Of a stretch of DNA of 64,000 bases, positions 58,701 to 64,000 are shown one piece after another (the stretch's first letter is position 1; every line of letters begins with the position of its first letter). The notes beneath the pieces are model-generated. The model did not search any database. It saw nothing but the letters and a program-made list of their open reading frames with translations, and was not told the origin of the DNA. The stretch lies in assembly GCA_950097015.1 (NCBI GenBank), contig CATNEN010000003.1, forward strand, positions 558,001 through 622,000, in the 5' to 3' direction. The stretch is from Macrostomum hystrix. Lineage: Eukaryota > Animalia > Platyhelminthes. The position numbers and the translations under genes were made by a program.

Positions 58701-61700
58701 TGTCTCATATTCCCCTGTCCTATCTTCTGTGTCACTCCCTATTGATCAGTCCCGTTGTGCTTGTCAAGGATTATATCTTTGGCGCGTGAGGAAAGATAAG
58801 CCTGCCTATTTCTGAATTTTACTAAACTTTTCAGGACAGTAATTTTAATTTGTACCCGAAATAATTTCCTGAGTTTTTTAAATCCGAACTAAGGTTCCCT
58901 TTAAAAGCAAGTTTTTTTGTTGCAAGTCCAGACAAGCCTGATCTTTCCTACCGAAAATGGGCGCGGATTAATGTTTCAAATATCTTAAATAAAAGTACAA
59001 GCACTTGCACTGCAAAAAAACACTAATTCTGCGGATCACTGTCTTAAATTTTTCATTCCTTTATGATCCCCTTTTCAAGTTATCCGAAAGGCCCCAAGAT
59101 CAATCTTAATTGGGTGGAATTGTCATGGCACAAGGCTATTAAGATAGGCTCGAAAAATTCTGTGGGGCTTTTTCATTGGAACTGTGCATACAGAAAAGCC
59201 ATTAGCTTAAGTGAATTATTTGGAAATAGTCTATGGCCTAAAGTTTTCAGAATGGCAATAGACTCGAATTAAACTATGTTTAACTTGTCTACGAATTAAG
59301 CTATCTGAAGGCTACGTACAGCTGTTCAGTCCATGGACATTCGACATTTGTGTAAACTGAAGTTTTGAGTTTTGTTAAGCTAAAGAACAAATATTGTTCA
59401 AGTGGAGTCGGTAATCGAACCACCGACCTCAAATTGGTGGGTCTAACGCTCTACCTACTAAGCCATAAAAATGGTCCTCATATCAGACCTAATTATGTAA
59501 GATTCGTATATGGCACAAGGTCACAGCAAAATATTTGACGAACATAAAACTATCAGAACCTACGCAATCGAATGTCTGAGAAGTGATGTTGGGCGCTAAT
59601 GTATTCCAACGCCCACTGTATAGTATGCTATTTATTATCGACATTAACTAACCAATCAGTAGTTATAGCCACTTTTGAATTATTCATTCGGTAAGCCTAG
59701 TTGCACTGTGCAGTGCAACAGTATTATATTATTATAGCTGTTAGGTAAATATAGGAGCTGGCAGTATATTTGGCAGTACTTGTATAATATTTTTATGCGA
59801 AAACGACAATAAACACAATCCCACTAGTCCTACTGGGAGTCTCCTGCACAATTTCCTTCCTGTTTGCCCAATTGCCTGTTACAGACAAACTGTAGAGAGA
59901 GTAAAGTAATTACTGACTAGAAAAACTCTGAGCATGAGCACACACTATAAACAGCTGACTGCTCAAATGACAAAGCACTGCAAGGTTATGCGACTGAGAA
60001 ATAAGAACTCCTGTTAAAACAAAACATTTTTCGATACATATCGGCGTCGGTGTGGTCCTTCAGACCAGATTGGTTAGCAATGTGTGTGTGCTTTGTGTTC
60101 CTGTAACACAAGAAAATAATGCCCACAGAGCATTTCACTCGTGCTATACTCAGGGTCTGGCTTATAGAAGTTTGTCGGACCAACAGATCGATTTGACTGA
60201 ACTCAAACTCCGAGTAAAGAGAGAGGGCGCACAGCTGGAACCCTCGACTCGGCAACCATAGTGAGTTAGCTCAGGCAGAACTGCTGTGGAGGGCAGTACA
60301 AGCTATTAGACCACTGAACTCAAAGAGTTCCGCTGATTGGGAAGATTCTATTTATCATTCGATTTTATTTTATTAGAAAAAAACATTCTTTGCGTGTTGA
60401 GTACTTGGAATATGCGGTAGGGAAATACTTGGCTGGTGTCTGCCTAATAGCGAGCCGCGACTATTTAGTGCATGACCTGACTGGGATTGAACCCACCAGA
60501 CCTGACTGCTGCTGCTGCTGCTTCTAGTGTGGGGGAAGATAGTAGAGCGTGGGGAGAGACAGAAGACAGAGATAGGGCGAGATAATAGAGAGAAGGGGAA
60601 GTAGAAGAAAAAGGGGAGACAGAAGAGAGAGAGGATGAGGAAGGAGAGAGGGGAGAAAGAGGAGAGAGAGGGGAGAAAGAAGAGAGAGGGGAGAAAGAGG
60701 AGAGAGAGGGGAGAAAGAGGAGAGAGAGGGGATAAAGAGGAGAGAGAGGGGAGAAAGAGGAGAGAGAGGGGAGAAAGAGGAGAGAGGGGGGAGAAAGAGG
60801 AGAGAGAGGGGAGAAAGAGGAGAGAGAGGGGACAAAGAGGAGAGAGAGGGGACAAAGAGGAGAGAGGGGGGACAAAGAGGAGAGAGAGGGGACAAAGAGG
60901 AGAGGGGGGGAGAAAGAGGATAGAGGGTGCTAAAGGAAGAGAGAGGAAGATGGCAGAGAGAGAGGAAGATAGCAGAGAGAGAGGGAGATAGCAGAGAGAG
61001 AGGGAGATAGCAGCTAGAAGGAAAGACGGAAGAGAGGAAGAGAGACAGAACTGGAAGACACAAGTAACGGGATATAAATACAGATCTCAAATTCTACTGT
61101 CTGGCATATTAATCTGGCTTTTATAAGCATTAGCAAATAGTGTAACGCAACGCTAACTATTGTGAAGTCCTACTAGATCAGACAGCGTCAATATAGCGAC
61201 AAACCAAGAAGCGCAGATGGGGCAGAAAATTCAATCGTCTGTCTAATGTCTCAGGCCCATACAAGCTGCGACTCGATTGGGGAGATTATGGAATAATCTC
61301 GTAGGAAATGTTGAAGACACAGACGCATATGAACTAAATAAATAATGAGCCGGATTAAGAAGGCTAAATTATTATCTGTGTCACTCACTGTTTCACATAT
61401 TCATGCACGCATTTGAAGTGATAAATTCGAGAATTAAATATGACAATGAGAAAGTGTTGATCCAACACGAAATGCTGAATCAACTGGGTCTCAGCGACGT
61501 CATAAAAAAGTATTTGTCAAAACACATGAAGCTACGAAATCCCAAGTTTTTTAAATCCCGAATCACATAAATCCTAAATAAGATAAATCCACTAAGTTTA
61601 AGAAATCGTCAGTCTCAGAATTACATAATCTCAGAAATCCCGAATCTCAGAAATCCCGAGTCTCAGGAATTCCGAATCTCAGAAATCACAAATCAAAGAA

Positions 61701-62378
61701 ATCCCGAATCTAAGAAATCCCAAATCAAAGAAATCCCGAATCTCGGGAATGCCCGAGTTTTTGGAATCCAAAAATAGTAAACTAAATCTAAAATTTAAGA
61801 AATCCAGATTCTCAGAAATCCCGAATCTCAGAAATCCCGAATCTCAGAAATCCCAAATCTCAGAAATCCCGAATCTAAGAAATCCCAAATCAAAGAAATC
61901 CCGAATCTCGGGAATCCCCGAGTTTTTGGAATCCAAAAGTAGTAAAATAAATCCAAAATTTAAGAAATCCCGAGTCTCAGAAATCCAGAATCTCAGAAAT
62001 CCCGAATCTCAGAAATCCCGAATCTTAGAAATCTAAATTTCAGAAATCCCGAATATTCAGAATTCCCAATCCAATAAATCCCGAATCGTAAAGATCGCTT
62101 AAATCTCAAATCCCCTAGTAATTTCGAAATCCCCTAGACAGATCCGGAGACCAAGTTCTCACAGCCCTAGGCTGAGCTGCCGCTCAAGTTGAATCCGCAA
62201 ATAAAAACTGCTCAAGCTCACCTGCGCCCTCTTCGGTCGGGAACTGGCCGCCGGCGATAGAGCCGCGCAGATCCTCAAGTTGAGCATCCCGTCTAATTAG
62301 CTCAAACACCTGGCCAGTCAGGCCGGTCAGTTCAATGAGCAGCTGCTCAGACTTCAGCACCGGATCCTCGCAGTCCAT
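55755..62378 (-). CDS. SNRNP25: U11/U12 snRNP 25 kDa protein (ubiquitin-like fold), 193 aa; possibly 217 aa or more with upstream exon 62788-62854
   Basis: Exons 62222-62378 (acceptor before 62383) and 55755-56179, phase 1. LIRRDAQLEDL...ATLAELKRLV...GGPHRAINWRQVWRRFAL...KLLNDAATLTDIGLYNRCQLTFVPRLREK parallels the SNRNP25 motifs DPLLxDL, ATVLDLK, ISWxYVW and LRDYGIRNRDEVSF. Confidence 0.88.
56213..56560. repeat. 18/19-bp minisatellite
   Basis: (GTGATT[T]CGGGTTTAGAGT)n beside the SNRNP25 acceptor. Confidence 0.92.
57345..58710. repeat. 16-bp minisatellite
   Basis: (TCTCATCTCTCCCGTG)n with longer-period duplications. Confidence 0.95.
59302..59465 (-). mobile_element. SINE family A, degenerate copy
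   Basis: Reverse complement contains a tRNA-like head (TGGCTTAGTAGGTAGAGCG...GGTTCGATTACCGACTCC) and GTCCATGGACTGAACAGCTGTACGTAGCCTTCAGAT. Confidence 0.7.
60600..61010. repeat. 20-bp polypurine minisatellite
   Basis: (GGAGAGAGAGGGGAGAAAGA)n. Confidence 0.9.
61615..62085. repeat. 16-bp minisatellite
   Basis: (AGAAATCCCGAATCTC)n. Confidence 0.9.
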
Positions 62379-62490
62379 GCTGTCTGAAAAAATAGCAGTC
62401 AGTAAGTCGGTAATGAGACTGAAAACATAGCGGATTTTATATCTTTATTTGTAAGCCTTTCGTACATGTGTTGTTAATAAGTCGACCATG

Positions 62491-62560
62491 ACAGACAGTC
62501 AGATAGACAGACAGACAAACAGACAGACAGACAGTCAGACAGACAGACAGACAAATACAG
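62491..62560. repeat. Imperfect (GACA)n microsatellite
   Basis: Visible tetranucleotide run. Confidence 0.85.
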
Positions 62561-63047
62561 ACGACTTCAATCGATCAGCTTTAGGACCCTAATCTAGTGC
62601 GCAAATCTAAATTTATATTCTTCTAGCAGGCAAAAGCAGGTATTTGTCCAGATTTAGCTAACTATCCACACTGGGCCATACGCGGGGCAGCAGAGCATAG
62701 CTGAGGACAGAATATAAAGCCGTGGGATAAAGGGGAGCGCAGGAGGAGGGAGGGGGAAGAGGAAGAAAGGACGAATGGAAGACAAACGCGCGCACTGCAC
62801 CGACGATTCCCACGGCCTGTTCCGATCCCGAGCGCAGTCCCTGAATTCCTCCATTGCGGTTGGCTGGTCACTAACGCTACTGGCTAGGAGTGAGGGCTAG
62901 AAAAAAACTTAAATGAGCGTTGGGGAGGACTGGGGATTTGGGAGACAAGCTTGCGCGAATACAGAATTCAATGATGTCCGGCGATGATAGAGATTTAATG
63001 ACCATCACAAATATCTGCAAGGTTTTAAAGAATAGTTTTTAAGAAAT

Positions 63048-63855
63048 GAGACACGGGACACGGGAGAGATGACACGGGATAGATGAGACACGGGATAGAT
63101 GAGACACGGGAGAGATAAGAGACGGGATAGATGAGACACGGGATAGATAAGACACGGGAGATATGAGACACGGGAGAGATAAGAGACGGGATAGATGAGA
63201 CACGGGATAGATAAGACACGGGATAGATAAGACACGGGAGAGATGAGACACGTGATAGATAAGATACGGGATAGATAAGACACGGGATAGATGAGACACG
63301 GGAGAGATAAGACACGGGATAGATAAGACACGGGATAGATAAGACACGGGAGAGATAAGAGACGGGATAGATAAGACACGGGAGAGATAAGAGACGGGAT
63401 AGATGAGACACGGGATAGATAAGACACGGGATAGATAAGACACGGGATAGATGAGACACGTGATAGATAAGATACGGGATAGATAAGACACGGGATAGAT
63501 GAGAGACGGGATAGATGAGACACGGGATAGATAAGACACGGGATAGATGAGACACGGGATAGATAAGACACGGGAGAGATAAGACACGGGATAGATAAGA
63601 CACGGGATAGATGAGACACGGGAGAGATAAGACACGGGATAGATAAGACACGGGATAGATAAGACACGGGAGAGATAAGAGACGGGATAGATGAGACACG
63701 GGAGAGATAAGACACGGGATAGATAAGGCACGGGATAGATAAGAGACGGGATAGATGAGACACGGGAGAGATAAGAGACGGGATAGATAAGACACGGGAT
63801 AGATGAGACACGGGATAGATAAGACACGGGATAGATAAGACACGGGAGAGATAAG
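63048..63855. repeat. 16-bp minisatellite, inverted relative of 57345-58710
   Basis: ([G/A]AGACACGGGA[T/G]AGAT)n. Confidence 0.95.
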
Positions 63856-64000
63856 CAAAGTTTTCGCGCTTGCAAAAGTGCACAGCTTTTTTGAGTATGA
63901 CCAAAATGTTAGACTAATTTTCTATCTGCTGTATCTGTTCCAGCTCGGTAAAGTCTTGGAGATTGTCCGATATTTAGAGCGACAAAATTTCTCGAGGGAA

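Noticed and set aside
57319-58815. 445-498 aa ORFs, and similar ones at 43148-44280, 51930-52685 and 63005-63904
   Set aside because: Stop-free translations of minisatellites in multiple frames; no domain content.

Overview
Repeat-rich animal genomic DNA with spliceosomal introns. The GC-rich, Ala/Gln-tract exons and 11-48 bp minisatellites in many introns suggest a free-living flatworm of the Macrostomum type (inference). Six protein genes were reconstructed by hand. Minus strand: 5' part of a USP36/USP42-like deubiquitinase (runs off the left edge and is absent from the ORF track), SRP72 (8 exons, 703 aa), UQCRH (intronless), a copine (18 coding exons, about 566 aa, three 24-29 nt micro-exons, degenerate C2A) and the minor-spliceosome protein SNRNP25. 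Plus strand: a secreted WSC + PAN/apple protein. Mobile elements: two mariners, a long-TIR IS630/Tc1-like deletion derivative next to a Gypsy gag relic, a Merlin transposase relic split by an 8-bp-TSD element that itself holds a SINE, a three-copy TTAA MITE family, a MULE-like MITE nested in an older inverted-repeat element, and two tRNA-derived SINE families. Top leads: (1) tight same-strand gene pairs with donor-less acceptors, suggesting SL-trans-spliced operons; (2) a segment of the USP 5'UTR complementary to the Macrostomum spliced leader as I recall it, which would fold back over the leader and its AUG; (3) a tRNA-headed SINE ending in a degenerate hammerhead-like fold; (4) inverted 16-bp minisatellite arrays bracketing SNRNP25 exons. 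All gene models are manual and unverified by transcripts.
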